From Nitrososphaerota archaeon (GTDB lineage Archaea; Thermoproteota; Nitrososphaeria; Nitrososphaerales; UBA57): a DNA stretch of 32,000 nt. This document shows, in pieces, positions 1 through 8,941 of this stretch (the first letter of the stretch is position 1; each line of letters opens with the position of its first letter). Where the stretch lies: positions 60,001-92,000 of the forward strand of contig VHBL01000003.1 of the NCBI GenBank assembly GCA_016871995.1, given 5' to 3'. The position numbers were made by a program, and so were the translations under genes. The notes below the pieces were generated by a model. It was not told where the DNA came from. It searched no databases and saw only the letters and a list, made by a program, of their open reading frames with translations.

Positions 1-100
1 AGTAGAAGCTGTTTGGGCGAAAGCATTTCTTGACATAGGAACTCCAGCTGGGCTGAAGGCTGCCGATGATTTTCTAAAAGGGAAGATGGTTGCAGAATAG
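1..100 (+). CDS. C-terminal end of a sugar-1-phosphate nucleotidyltransferase (HddC-like; 5' part lies outside the window)
   Basis: The frame is open from the window edge to TAG 98-100 and reads ..VEAVWAKAFLDIGTPAGLKAADDFLKGKMVAE*. W..(x)..D-I-GTP..L..A is the usual C-terminal signature of NDP-sugar pyrophosphorylases. It overlaps the next gene by 11 nt and sits directly upstream of hddA-gmhA-gmhB. Confidence 0.5.
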   Translation, partial: VEAVWAKAFLDIGTPAGLKAADDFLKGKMVAE

Positions 101-1085
101 AATTAAGGTATACGCCCCTCACAGAATAAGCTACTGTGGAGGGGGGACAGACTTTCCATCATTTTACAACCAATATGGCGGTGCCGTCATAAACTGTGCT
201 ATCAACAGGTTTTCAAAAATCTACGCCAGACCTGAGCGCGGTTCGAATATATTTCTTGAAGCAAAAAGAGTAAACGAAACATACTCGGGAAACATGTTAG
301 AGGTAAAGAACAAGAATAAGCTTTCCATGCCGCTGAAAGCCATTCTTGACTGGAACCAACCGGTACATATGGTAATCGAGAGCGACGTTCCACCGGGAAG
401 CGGCCTTGGGTCATCTGGAACATTGGCAGTAAATCTGATTAACACGCTTAACTTTCTGAAAAGAGGCAGCACAATCCAGCCGAGTATTCTTGCCGAACAC
501 GCTTATCATTTTGAGGCTTATACATTGGGAAAGGCTGTTGGCAAGCAGGATCACTATGCTGCGGCGTTAGGAGGAATGAACTTCATAGAATTTGGTGCGC
601 AAGGAGTGAAAGTTAGCCGTTTTGCTACAGAAACTGCGATTGAACTGCAGAAAAGGTGCATACTTTTCTATCTTGGGAAGACTAGAATTGCAGACATAAT
701 TCTGAAAAGGCAGGAAAGAAATGTGGTTCAAAGAAATGAAAGTACGATTGAAGCTTTGAAGGGGATGATAACACTTACCCGCAGAATGAAAAGGTCGATA
801 GATAAAAGGAATTTTGGAGAAATTGGATCACTACTTGAAGACGCATGGCTGCTAAAGAAAAAGTACACTACAGGTATATCAAACAAATTCATCGACAAGG
901 TGCATACTAGAGCACTGCGATCTGGGGCTACAGGTGCAAAGGTTACTGGAGCCGGAGGTGGCGGCCATTTCTTCGTCTATGCAGAAGCAGATAGACACAG
1001 AAAAATCATAAGGAACCTTAATGATATAGGGTGCGAACATATACCGTTCAAGGTGTGCGAGAGTGGAGCTTGGGTTGAAAAGTGA
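90..1085 (+). CDS. hddA: GHMP-family sugar kinase, most likely D-glycero-alpha-D-manno-heptose-7-phosphate kinase
   Basis: 331-aa ORF with a TTG start. GHMP motifs are present: N-terminal RISYCGGGTDFPSFY, motif II PPGSGLGSSG and motif III TGAGGGGHF. The size and the GGGTD box fit heptose-7-P kinases. The flanking gmhA/gmhB context supports the call. Confidence 0.75.
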   Translation: MQNRIKVYAPHRISYCGGGTDFPSFYNQYGGAVINCAINRFSKIYARPERGSNIFLEAKRVNETYSGNMLEVKNKNKLSMPLKAILDWNQPVHMVIESDVPPGSGLGSSGTLAVNLINTLNFLKRGSTIQPSILAEHAYHFEAYTLGKAVGKQDHYAAALGGMNFIEFGAQGVKVSRFATETAIELQKRCILFYLGKTRIADIILKRQERNVVQRNESTIEALKGMITLTRRMKRSIDKRNFGEIGSLLEDAWLLKKKYTTGISNKFIDKVHTRALRSGATGAKVTGAGGGGHFFVYAEADRHRKIIRNLNDIGCEHIPFKVCESGAWVEK

Positions 1086-1629
1086 AACTAAGAGGTTTCT
1101 GGTAGATTCTAAGAGTGCAATAGATTCCTTCCTAAATAATCCTGCTGTTGAACGATTTATTTCAATTCTGAAAGACGCAAGACAGCGCCGAAAAAACGTG
1201 TTTGTATTCGGTAATGGAGGAAGCTCCGCTACTGCATCGCATTTTGTGTGCGACCTTCTGAAGACATCAATTGTAAAAGGCAAGCCTAGGTTCAAAGCCT
1301 ACTCGCTTACCGATAATGTACCTGTCATGACAGCTTGGTCGAATGACGTCTCTTACAGCGATATCTTTGCAGAGCAGTTGAAGAACTTTCTTGAATCAGG
1401 CGACATAGCGATAGCCATAAGCGGGAGCGGAAACTCTCCAAACGTGCTTAGAGGAACGGAATTTGCAAAAGAAAATGGCGCAGTCACAGTTGGATTGACT
1501 GGCAACTCTGGCAAATTGGCTGGAATGGTTGATATATGTATCAAAGTACCTTCTAGTAATATCCTCCTAATAGAAGGCGCACATTCTGTCCTTTTGCACT
1601 ATGTCACAGAAGTTCTACGAGAAGCATGA
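1063..1629 (+). CDS. gmhA: SIS-domain phosphoheptose isomerase (sedoheptulose-7-P isomerase)
   Basis: 188 aa. It carries FGNGGSSATASHFVCDL (GmhA-type GNGGS..A.HF..(E/D)L box) and ISGSGNSPNV. The GTG start overlaps the hddA end; a TTG at 1075 is an alternative start. Confidence 0.85.
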   Translation: MELGLKSETKRFLVDSKSAIDSFLNNPAVERFISILKDARQRRKNVFVFGNGGSSATASHFVCDLLKTSIVKGKPRFKAYSLTDNVPVMTAWSNDVSYSDIFAEQLKNFLESGDIAIAISGSGNSPNVLRGTEFAKENGAVTVGLTGNSGKLAGMVDICIKVPSSNILLIEGAHSVLLHYVTEVLREA

Positions 1630-2072
1630 TACCTGCTGTATTCGTGGATAGGGATGGAACTCTAGTAGAACAGAAGGACGGAAGTTACATTTCGTCAATA
1701 AATGAAGTCAAGTTCATAAATCAGAACGTCTATCCGCTTTTAAGCTGGTTCCAGAAGGAAGGCTTCCTTATTATCATAGTTACGAACCAAGCCGGGATAA
1801 ACAAGGGCTTGGTGACTTGGGAGCAGGTACGCAGAGTAAATGACTATGTTGTCAGAGAACTCGACAAGCACAAGGTAAAGGTAACAGATGTTTACACATG
1901 CCCCCACAGAATAGAGGAAAACTGCAACTGTAGGAAGCCTCAGCCCGGCTTGATACTTAGGGCAAGCAGAGAGCACAGAATTGACCTTGCTAACAGTGTG
2001 ATAATAGGAGACAGGGATATGGATGTGGAGGCAGGATTCCGGGCAGGTGTGAAGAGAGCCATAAAGATATGA
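1626..2072 (+). CDS. gmhB: HAD-family D,D-heptose 1,7-bisphosphate phosphatase
   Basis: 148 aa. It has the HAD motif I FVDRDGTL, TNQAG, the zinc-finger insert CPHRIEENCNCRKPQPG (C-x-H...C-x-C-RKP) and GDRDMD. An ATGA overlap joins it to gmhA. Confidence 0.85.
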   Translation: MIPAVFVDRDGTLVEQKDGSYISSINEVKFINQNVYPLLSWFQKEGFLIIIVTNQAGINKGLVTWEQVRRVNDYVVRELDKHKVKVTDVYTCPHRIEENCNCRKPQPGLILRASREHRIDLANSVIIGDRDMDVEAGFRAGVKRAIKI

Positions 2073-2848
2073 GCGTTAGCGTAATCACACCTGTCCATGG
2101 CAAAAAAGAGTCGTATGCGTCGCTGATAGAGGAAATTGGACAGCACCTAGCAGAACAATCTGCAAAACCAGCTGAATGGTTGTTGGTCTGCGACACAAAT
2201 TCGACATGGCTCAAAGACCTTACTCTGCCTCCATTCGCCGTAGTCCTTGTTTCCCCACAGAACAATATATCGTTGAAGAGGAATATAGCTTTGGACGAGG
2301 CTACGGGGGATTTCATATTCTTCCTTGATTCTGATCAAAGACCTGAAACTCCAGAGCTCATTGCCGATTGCTTAACAATGACAAGGGAAGGTTACGATAT
2401 ACTGCTAATCCCAGAGAAGTTCTCATATAGAGGCCCGTACCTCAAGAGATGTTATCATCATCTGCGCGGTCTCTACTGGAAGTACTCGGGCGAGGGCATA
2501 CCAAGATTTTTCAGAAGAAGCAGGATAGGAAGTGCCAGATATGATACCGTTCATCTGCACTTTGAGGATCTCAAGTTTTATGAATCTGTTAGGAAGGGTG
2601 CAAAAGAAGGCAGTGCCTCAAAATACATAATTCATGATGAGGCATATCAGATATACGGAAACCTGAGAAAAGCGAGGATAGCGCAGAAGCAGAAAACTAA
2701 ACATCAAATAGAATCACCATTTCGTCTCAGCACCAGCACGATATTGAAGGAGACGCCATTAAGCATGTTGCCAGGGGTAATTCTAATTTTGGTTCTACGT
2801 ACGCTAGCAAAAAGACTGCTCCCTGTAGCTGGCGATACGTCTCGTTAA
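2069..2848 (+). CDS. family-2 (GT-A) glycosyltransferase
   Basis: 259 aa. It has the N-terminal VSVITPVHGK beta-strand start and a DxD-like FFLDSDQ box, with a hydrophobic C-terminal helix. An ATGA overlap joins it to gmhB. Confidence 0.7.
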   Translation: MSVSVITPVHGKKESYASLIEEIGQHLAEQSAKPAEWLLVCDTNSTWLKDLTLPPFAVVLVSPQNNISLKRNIALDEATGDFIFFLDSDQRPETPELIADCLTMTREGYDILLIPEKFSYRGPYLKRCYHHLRGLYWKYSGEGIPRFFRRSRIGSARYDTVHLHFEDLKFYESVRKGAKEGSASKYIIHDEAYQIYGNLRKARIAQKQKTKHQIESPFRLSTSTILKETPLSMLPGVILILVLRTLAKRLLPVAGDTSR

Positions 2849-2854
2849 ATGGCC

Positions 2855-3904
2855 CTAGAAGAACCAAACCACGAGTAGCGCGAAACCAAATACAGCATAA
2901 GAGCCTGCAAGAAGCTTAAGCATCTTTCCCTTTAGTATGAAGCAAGGCATTCTGTAGAGCGACGGAGCCAATGAAATAAATCTAAAGTATCCTGAAAAAT
3001 ATGAATATGCTGGCTGTATTATTGAACCAAGCGCTATCAAGCATAGGCTGAATGTATCTACAAGCTTTTTCCTGACTGCAAAATAGATTGATAGAACTAT
3101 CCCAAGGAATACCGACCAAACAACTATCTCATTAAGAATCAGATTTATTCCACTAATTTGGAATGTACCAGTAGCCCCAAAAAATCTATTGTAGAGAAAT
3201 GAGCCGAAGGGAATTCCCAGCTGAGGAGGCAAATCACTCCCTCTTGCGAACTCGATAAAGTGCTCTATAGTGAACCTTGATATTAGATAATAACCAAAAC
3301 CTGCAATTGTAGCTAGAATTATTGATAGGTACGGCAGGAATTTTTTCCCTTTTGCAAGTGCAAAGTATGGCAGTGCAAAAATAAAAAAGTCAGGTCTGGC
3401 AATTACTGCCAATGAAAGAACTAGAGATGCTGGAAGAAACTTGTCTTTTCGGAACAGTAGAAGACCTCCAAGCATAAGCATATAGTACAGAGGCTCGTTC
3501 ATTCCTCCGTGTATTGAAACCAGCAGAATGGGGTTGAAAGCATAAAAGATCGTTGCAATTGCAAAACCATCTCCCCTAGTCATTTTGTAGAATATTGCAA
3601 CGCTTGAAGAGAATGCGACAACGTTAATGACTTCCATAGTAACTGCAGTTATAAAGGAATTTCCTGCGGCTACCAGCGAAACTAAAAGGGGGTACAGGAA
3701 TGTGGCGTACCTGAAGCCAGAATCTACTGGAGGGTCTTTGAATGGAGCAAGCGCAATTTTGTAATAGGAGATACCGTCCGTGTTAGCTTCACTTGCAAAG
3801 TTGAATACAGTCTTCCCACTCAATAATCCAATAACATAAAAGGCAAAATTCAAGATAATAAAAGCGGCAAAGACTGTGAAACTGTTGATTCTAAACGAGG
3901 GCAA
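2855..3904 (-). CDS. polytopic membrane protein, candidate GT-C/PIG-V-like mannosyltransferase or glycan polymerase
   Basis: 349 aa with about 9-10 hydrophobic helices. The first loop, DGISYYKIALAPF...FRYATFLYPLLV, resembles the D..Y..IA..GY...aFFPlyP loop of PIG-V-type membrane glycosyltransferases. It is the last gene of the minus-strand glycan operon. Confidence 0.55.
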   Translation of the reverse strand: MPSFRINSFTVFAAFIILNFAFYVIGLLSGKTVFNFASEANTDGISYYKIALAPFKDPPVDSGFRYATFLYPLLVSLVAAGNSFITAVTMEVINVVAFSSSVAIFYKMTRGDGFAIATIFYAFNPILLVSIHGGMNEPLYYMLMLGGLLLFRKDKFLPASLVLSLAVIARPDFFIFALPYFALAKGKKFLPYLSIILATIAGFGYYLISRFTIEHFIEFARGSDLPPQLGIPFGSFLYNRFFGATGTFQISGINLILNEIVVWSVFLGIVLSIYFAVRKKLVDTFSLCLIALGSIIQPAYSYFSGYFRFISLAPSLYRMPCFILKGKMLKLLAGSYAVFGFALLVVWFF

Positions 3905-3923
3905 TTTTAATCTGAACCAAAGG

Positions 3924-5057
3924 CTACATGGTATTAGTCTTTGCTTTTATTTGATCTATGGCCTTCTCCATGTTCTTCTGAAAAGCAGCCCAAGTGTAGT
4001 TTTCTTCGACCCTTTTCCTCCCCTTTTTGCCCATCTTTTTTCTTAGATTCGCATCACTAATCAAGATTGAAATCTTTGTAGCCCATTCTTTTGGATTTTC
4101 TTCAACGACATAGCCAGTTTCTCCATCAAGAATTGTTTCAGAAGGGCCTCCAATGTTTGACGCGATAACTGGCTTACCAGAAGCCATCGCCTCAACTGGC
4201 CCGAAGCCATAATGTTCCCCAGTCGGCGTGTACAAAAATATAGAGCAATTGCGGTAAAGCTCTAGCAATTCCTTATCCGAAACGTTGGTCAGGATTTTAA
4301 CGTCGTTTCCTAATCCTTTGCTGCGAACCTTTTCTTTCAACACATCGGCATAAGACTCGAAGCCCCGTTGAACAGTACCAGCTATTATAAGGGGAACTGC
4401 GTCTCTCGATTTCTTTAGTTCGGCAAGTGCATCTAAAGCAAGTTCGAGATTTTTATTGGGCATTATCCTGTTAACGCTGAGCAGGAAACCTTCATCATTT
4501 TCACTATAAGCAAACCGCATTGTATCGACTCCGGGGTAAGCAATTATCCCGTCTCTCGAAAACGCCCTTTTTATAGCATCAAGTGTGAAACCCGAGTTGC
4601 AAGTTACAACATCACCCCCTTCGAAGCCTCGCTTTTCCGCCCTGTCTATCAATAAATGCAATATTCGCCTCAGATTATCCCCTTTTTTGACAAGGTACTT
4701 CTCAGGATGGTGGCAGTAGATTATTGAAGGTCTGTACATATGCGCAAGATAGTAGCTGGAGCTAAAGACGAAAAGGTCAGGTCTGTACTTTGAAAGACAA
4801 TATTGCATCATCTTCTTTGAAGTTTGATAAGCTGCTATGGCTCTGAACATGCCGAAGAAAGTCTTTCTACCTCCTGATGCGAAGACGGTTTCTTTCTTGA
4901 ACTCTTCAAATGACGTCTTTGGATCGTAAAACGCTGTAAAATAGGCAACATCGTGACCAACGTTCTTCAATGAGCTCCCGAGCCCAAGCACGAGTCTCTG
5001 TGCTCCCGTTCTCATCGAAATATCATAGTGTATTATTGCTATTTTCATGCAGAGCAC
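3924..5057 (-). CDS. GT4 (GT-B fold, group 1) glycosyltransferase
   Basis: 377 aa. It carries the C-terminal signature GEHYGFGPVEAMASGKPVIASNIGGPSETI (E-x7-E region). The likely true start is MKIAIIHYD, 3 codons in. Confidence 0.85.
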   Translation of the reverse strand: MLCMKIAIIHYDISMRTGAQRLVLGLGSSLKNVGHDVAYFTAFYDPKTSFEEFKKETVFASGGRKTFFGMFRAIAAYQTSKKMMQYCLSKYRPDLFVFSSSYYLAHMYRPSIIYCHHPEKYLVKKGDNLRRILHLLIDRAEKRGFEGGDVVTCNSGFTLDAIKRAFSRDGIIAYPGVDTMRFAYSENDEGFLLSVNRIMPNKNLELALDALAELKKSRDAVPLIIAGTVQRGFESYADVLKEKVRSKGLGNDVKILTNVSDKELLELYRNCSIFLYTPTGEHYGFGPVEAMASGKPVIASNIGGPSETILDGETGYVVEENPKEWATKISILISDANLRKKMGKKGRKRVEENYTWAAFQKNMEKAIDQIKAKTNTM

Positions 5058-5987
5058 TTATTCAACCGTCTGTCTGTACATGTCGATTAGTTTCTTGCCG
5101 ACCTTCCATTTATCGTGATTTTCAAGTATGAACTCTCTGTTTCTTCTCTGCTCAGCTTTCAGTTTCTTCCTATCTGCAAGCTCGGCAATCCTTTCTCCCA
5201 TGTTATTCCTGTGCCTGTAATCTATTGTTGCCAATCCGCAGGACATCGACTCCAGACACGCCTTGCTCAATGAAAACACTGTCTGCCTGTCGATATAGAC
5301 ATCATATTTCTTGAGAACTTCGTGCATATCTGAATACTTGAAAGGTCTTCCAGTAAAAACATCTACATCAAAGCCATTTCTCCGCAAACCTTCAACAATA
5401 TTGTCAGGAACCTTATCGTACCACAGGTTGAAACCTATAGCTTTGGGTTTTTCATTTTCATAGCTCTTTGGCGAGAACCTCTCTGTATCAATAGGGTTTG
5501 CCAAGTATTCAGCGTCCTCTCGAACTTGCTTAGCTAATGGCAACAGATCAGGCGTAGAAACTATCACCTTCCTTGCAGCTTTTAGATTGCCTCTAATCAT
5601 CCACCCCCAGTTGCTCAAATCCTTGCTACGCTTCATGAACTCTTTGTCTAACAATCCAAAAAGGTCAGTGCCATGGCAGTGTAATAGATGGATAGTTATT
5701 CCAAAAACTCTGAATGCAAAAGCGTCCTGCATTGCATAGTTCACATGTTTAATGCCGGTGCTCCTTAAAGCATTCCAGAAAACTCCAATAGTCTTACCCA
5801 CGATCGATCTCCTCCTTGGTAGATACCTTACTTTGATTCCATATGATTTCAGAACAAGCGAGAGTTCGTAGCCAACCCATGCAGCATCGTTCACAATCGA
5901 AACTTCGTAATTGAAAGGTCTATCAAGTGTTCTCTGCAGAGATACCACACTTTGCAGAAAAATTAACTCACTATTGTCTCTTTCCAC
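5058..5987 (-). CDS. GT-B-like glycosyltransferase (divergent)
   Basis: 309 aa. Segments VIVSTPDLLPLA and SLSKACLESMSCGLATI loosely resemble the group-1 glycosyltransferase donor-binding half. There is no gap to the downstream GT4, and it overlaps the upstream SDR gene by 17 nt. Confidence 0.5.
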   Translation of the reverse strand: MERDNSELIFLQSVVSLQRTLDRPFNYEVSIVNDAAWVGYELSLVLKSYGIKVRYLPRRRSIVGKTIGVFWNALRSTGIKHVNYAMQDAFAFRVFGITIHLLHCHGTDLFGLLDKEFMKRSKDLSNWGWMIRGNLKAARKVIVSTPDLLPLAKQVREDAEYLANPIDTERFSPKSYENEKPKAIGFNLWYDKVPDNIVEGLRRNGFDVDVFTGRPFKYSDMHEVLKKYDVYIDRQTVFSLSKACLESMSCGLATIDYRHRNNMGERIAELADRKKLKAEQRRNREFILENHDKWKVGKKLIDMYRQTVE

Positions 5988-6978
5988 TTGCAGTTTGTAG
6001 AAGATGGAGAACCTTTCTGTACCAAGCTATAGTCATTTCCAAGCCCTGTTCAAGTGTGAATTTTGGAACCCAGCCAAGAACCTCTGTAGTTAACTTAATG
6101 TCTGCAACTAGTCTAGGCAAGTCTGCAGGTCTTCCCTTCTTAAACACAATTTGAGATTTTGACGCTGCAAGTTTCTTTATCTTCTCTGCAAGTTCTTTGA
6201 TAGAAGTGTCGACACCCGTACCTATGTTGAATGTCATGCCCTTCACGCCTTCCTTTCTGCGAATGGCCTCTGCATAAGCCCTGACAGCATCTTTAACATA
6301 CGTCAAATCCCTTGTCTGCTCACCATCGTTATGAACGACAATCGGTTCGTCAAGCAAGGCTTTTGTGATGAAGGCTGGCACGACTGCTGGATAACCTCTG
6401 TACGTGTTGCTCTGGTTCTCGCCGTAAGTGTTAAAGTTTCTGATGGTACATGTGGGATATTTGTACCAAAGATGTATTACCCTGACGTGACTTTCACCAG
6501 CAAGTTTTGTCACGGCATAGGTGCTCTTTGGCTTTGTTATATGATCTACATCCATTGGAACATGAACCGGGTCGCCGTAAACTTCTGGCGATGACGCAAA
6601 AACGAAGAATGGCTGAGTTTTCGTCTTTAGTAGTTCCTGCGTCAATTTGAATACGCCGTATTCATTGAAATTAAAATATTCCCAAGGCTTGTCCATAGAC
6701 TCTGGTATTGAAACTAAAGCGGCGAAGTGTACAATAGCATCAACATTTAGGTCGTCGATACTCTTGGCAGTAAGATCCCTATAGTCCTGTTTTAGCATGG
6801 TGAACTTCTTTGCAAGTGCATTCTTGTCCTCAATAATGTTGAAAGGATCTAGCGGGAAATCTTCGGAGCGCATATAGGTGTCCAACCCTACAATGCTCTC
6901 AACTTTGTCGTCATTGAGCAAAATGTTAACAAAGTTAGAGCCGTAAAAACCCGCTGCGCCTGTTACTAAGACACGCAT
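5971..6978 (-). CDS. extended short-chain dehydrogenase: NDP-sugar 4,6-dehydratase/decarboxylase/epimerase family
   Basis: 335 aa. It has the Rossmann motif MRVLVTGAAGFYGSN, the SSPEVYGDP box, the catalytic YAVTK (YxxxK), plus FNTYGE and DGEQTRDLTYVKD, as in UDP-glucuronate decarboxylase and dTDP-glucose dehydratase relatives. Confidence 0.85.
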   Translation of the reverse strand: MRVLVTGAAGFYGSNFVNILLNDDKVESIVGLDTYMRSEDFPLDPFNIIEDKNALAKKFTMLKQDYRDLTAKSIDDLNVDAIVHFAALVSIPESMDKPWEYFNFNEYGVFKLTQELLKTKTQPFFVFASSPEVYGDPVHVPMDVDHITKPKSTYAVTKLAGESHVRVIHLWYKYPTCTIRNFNTYGENQSNTYRGYPAVVPAFITKALLDEPIVVHNDGEQTRDLTYVKDAVRAYAEAIRRKEGVKGMTFNIGTGVDTSIKELAEKIKKLAASKSQIVFKKGRPADLPRLVADIKLTTEVLGWVPKFTLEQGLEMTIAWYRKVLHLLQTASGKRQ

Positions 6979-7028
6979 TGCAAAACAATCCTTTTGACGC
7001 TCTGGTTACTTTAGCGTATTAATTTTTG

Positions 7029-7736
7029 TCATAGCACTAACCTATGGCATTCAAAGGCTTCTGCAGCTTTGACACCTACTTGCCGCCCTCTACTTTCAGC
7101 TATACGCACTATGTTTTCTGCACTTCGTGGATGTGGCTCCTTTCTTATTTGTGATGAATAAAGTTTCAACGCTTCAATCTTAGTTCTAATTTCTGAACCT
7201 ATGTCAACAAAGAAGTTTGGGTTGAATACGGCCCTGCTCCATGAAATTTCTGGTTGCTCATATGACAACACTATTTTCGGTATAGGTTTTGATTTTCCCC
7301 CGACAGGTCTGCAAGCTGTAAATGCCGCTTCTGCAACAGCAACATGATCCTGGTTGGTAGAGTGCAAGTATGGTATGCATACCATCGTTGGTTTAATCGC
7401 AGACAGAGAGACCTTCTCTCCCGATTCTATGATATCAACAAGTTTTTTCTTTGGAACTTGATCTAAACACAGATGATATTTGTCTCCAGGCAAAGCCAGA
7501 TAGTAGCTGTCAAATCTCAGAAACTTCGCTACCCTTTCAAGCTCTTTGATTCTGACTTTGGTGTCGCTCTTGCCTCCATACTGTGCAATTGAACCTACCG
7601 TCATTACAAGAACATGGACTTCCCCTCCAGCTTTTTTGACTTTTGGAATTAGGCCTCCGCATCCAAGAACCTCGTCATCGGGGTGAGGAGCTACTACCAG
7701 AAGTCTCTGCCAAGCAAGGTCTAGCGACATGGCCAA
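7029..7736 (-). CDS. PIG-L/LmbE-family N-acetylglucosaminyl de-N-acetylase
   Basis: 235 aa. It carries the diagnostic VVAPHPDDEVLGCGG zinc-site motif, followed by HxDH (NQDHVAV). Confidence 0.85.
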   Translation of the reverse strand: MAMSLDLAWQRLLVVAPHPDDEVLGCGGLIPKVKKAGGEVHVLVMTVGSIAQYGGKSDTKVRIKELERVAKFLRFDSYYLALPGDKYHLCLDQVPKKKLVDIIESGEKVSLSAIKPTMVCIPYLHSTNQDHVAVAEAAFTACRPVGGKSKPIPKIVLSYEQPEISWSRAVFNPNFFVDIGSEIRTKIEALKLYSSQIRKEPHPRSAENIVRIAESRGRQVGVKAAEAFECHRLVL

Positions 7737-8492
7737 CTACTTTTTCGCAAGTATCCCGAGAACAACCTTATGAGTAACAAACGTAGATTTCTTATTGAAA
7801 TATTCATCCAACAATGATTCAAATTTGCTCCTTGCTCTTTCGTTGAAAAGGGTGTAAGAGTTCCAGTAATTCAACACCGATTTTCTGTTCGGAAATGTTA
7901 TCGGGTTCCTGAATATCGATGTCTTGACTGCCTCAAAGTACTTCTTGAAAGTCGGCAACGCTGTGTTGGACATGAATTGAGTGTTCTCTATGAAGTTGCT
8001 CGGTAGAGGGGCAACTTTGGCGTGTAGATTGGCAAGTTCTTTGTTATTACCTTCAGTAGGGCCACATACGAATACTCTACCTCCTTTCTTCAATAATGAG
8101 TATATGTCAGAAACCGTCTTGTCTATGTCCTTTGAATAATAGATCGCAAATGATGACGCAATGGCATCGAATCTGTCTTTCCCCAACACCTCAGCTAACT
8201 CTTCCATACCGCACTTTTTGACCCTAATTGAAACCTTAGCCTTCTTTGCAGCTTCCTCCGACCCTTCCAACAGTTCCTCTGAAATATCAACCCCGAATGC
8301 TACGCCTGTCTTTCCAACAATCTTGCCATATGGAATAAGCTGCTTCCCACTACCGCAACCAATATCAAGAATCTTCTCCCCCCTCTTAAGATCTAGATTC
8401 TTCAATATCCAATCATTCACTTCATACTTACCAAATCGATCATGTGTGGTTATCCTAATGCTCAGGGCTTGTGCTTCGTTAACGTCTTTCAA
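7737..8492 (-). CDS. class I SAM-dependent methyltransferase
   Basis: 251 aa with a TTG start. It has motif I ILDIGCGSGK, plus post-I VDIS and FDAIASSFAIYY. Its stop codon abuts the PIG-L start with no spacer. Confidence 0.8.
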   Translation of the reverse strand: MKDVNEAQALSIRITTHDRFGKYEVNDWILKNLDLKRGEKILDIGCGSGKQLIPYGKIVGKTGVAFGVDISEELLEGSEEAAKKAKVSIRVKKCGMEELAEVLGKDRFDAIASSFAIYYSKDIDKTVSDIYSLLKKGGRVFVCGPTEGNNKELANLHAKVAPLPSNFIENTQFMSNTALPTFKKYFEAVKTSIFRNPITFPNRKSVLNYWNSYTLFNERARSKFESLLDEYFNKKSTFVTHKVVLGILAKK

Positions 8493-8516
8493 ATTGCCCC
8501 TACCGATCTCTGCTGC

Positions 8517-8530
8517 TTATTTATAATTTG
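8517..8530. promoter_or_regulatory. candidate bidirectional TATA element in the divergent 71-nt spacer
   Basis: TTTATAA lies at 8520-8526. That is about 31 nt from the minus-strand start at 8492 and about 41 nt from the plus-strand start at 8564. This is the only strongly AT-rich box in the spacer. Confidence 0.3.
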
Positions 8531-8563
8531 TTTGTATGAGGTATTCCTACTGAAACTACTAAC

Positions 8564-8776
8564 ATGGTCTTATCACGTATCGTCTTTGGCAATAGCACTA
8601 ATATGGGAGAGGTGTGTGACGGCTCTGTTCAGCTTTTAGTAACAACTCCCCCTTACTATAACGCACCATTCGACTACCCAAATCTGTTCAAGAATTACGA
8701 AGACTTCATGCATATGATAAGGACGTATTCCATATTTGGCATGCTGTTGATCTGCCATCCGAATACCGTTTTGTAG
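8564..8776 (+). pseudogene. 5' stub of a beta-class N4/N6 DNA methyltransferase
   Basis: The 70-aa ORF reads ..GSVQLLVTTPPYYNAPFDYPNLFKNYEDF... This matches the N-terminal motif IV region ((S/D)PPY, here TPPY) of ParB-less N4C/N6A methylases. The ORF then runs into a stop. I found no SAM-binding motif I (FxGxG) in any frame of the following 170 nt. Confidence 0.5.
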
Positions 8777-8941
8777 AACTTTTGTGCGCGTTTTGGATTA
8801 TCGGCAGGAATTTCAAAATGGACAACGCTATCCATGGTGTTTTTTTACTGGATGCAGATTTAAGAGTTTGCAGAGCTATTTGCTTGCTCGTAGAAAAATT
8901 CTCCATCGGGATTTTATACCGTTATCTCCAATTACAGTGCA

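Noticed and set aside
8161-8526. 121-aa plus-strand ORF inside the SAM methyltransferase gene
   Set aside because: It is antisense to a gene with clear motifs, and its Ser/Pro/Leu-rich composition is typical of a shadow ORF. The same reasoning applies to the ORFs at 202-472, 879-1295, 1740-2338, 6331-6594, 11251-11685, 13705-14031, 14007-14693, 15207-15446, 16354-16901, 18945-19361, 19895-20140, 20666-21130, 21484-21963, 23665-23886, 24424-24669, 25079-25465, 26330-26644, 27324-27807, 28193-28980, 28942-30570 (plus strand) and 30904-31430.
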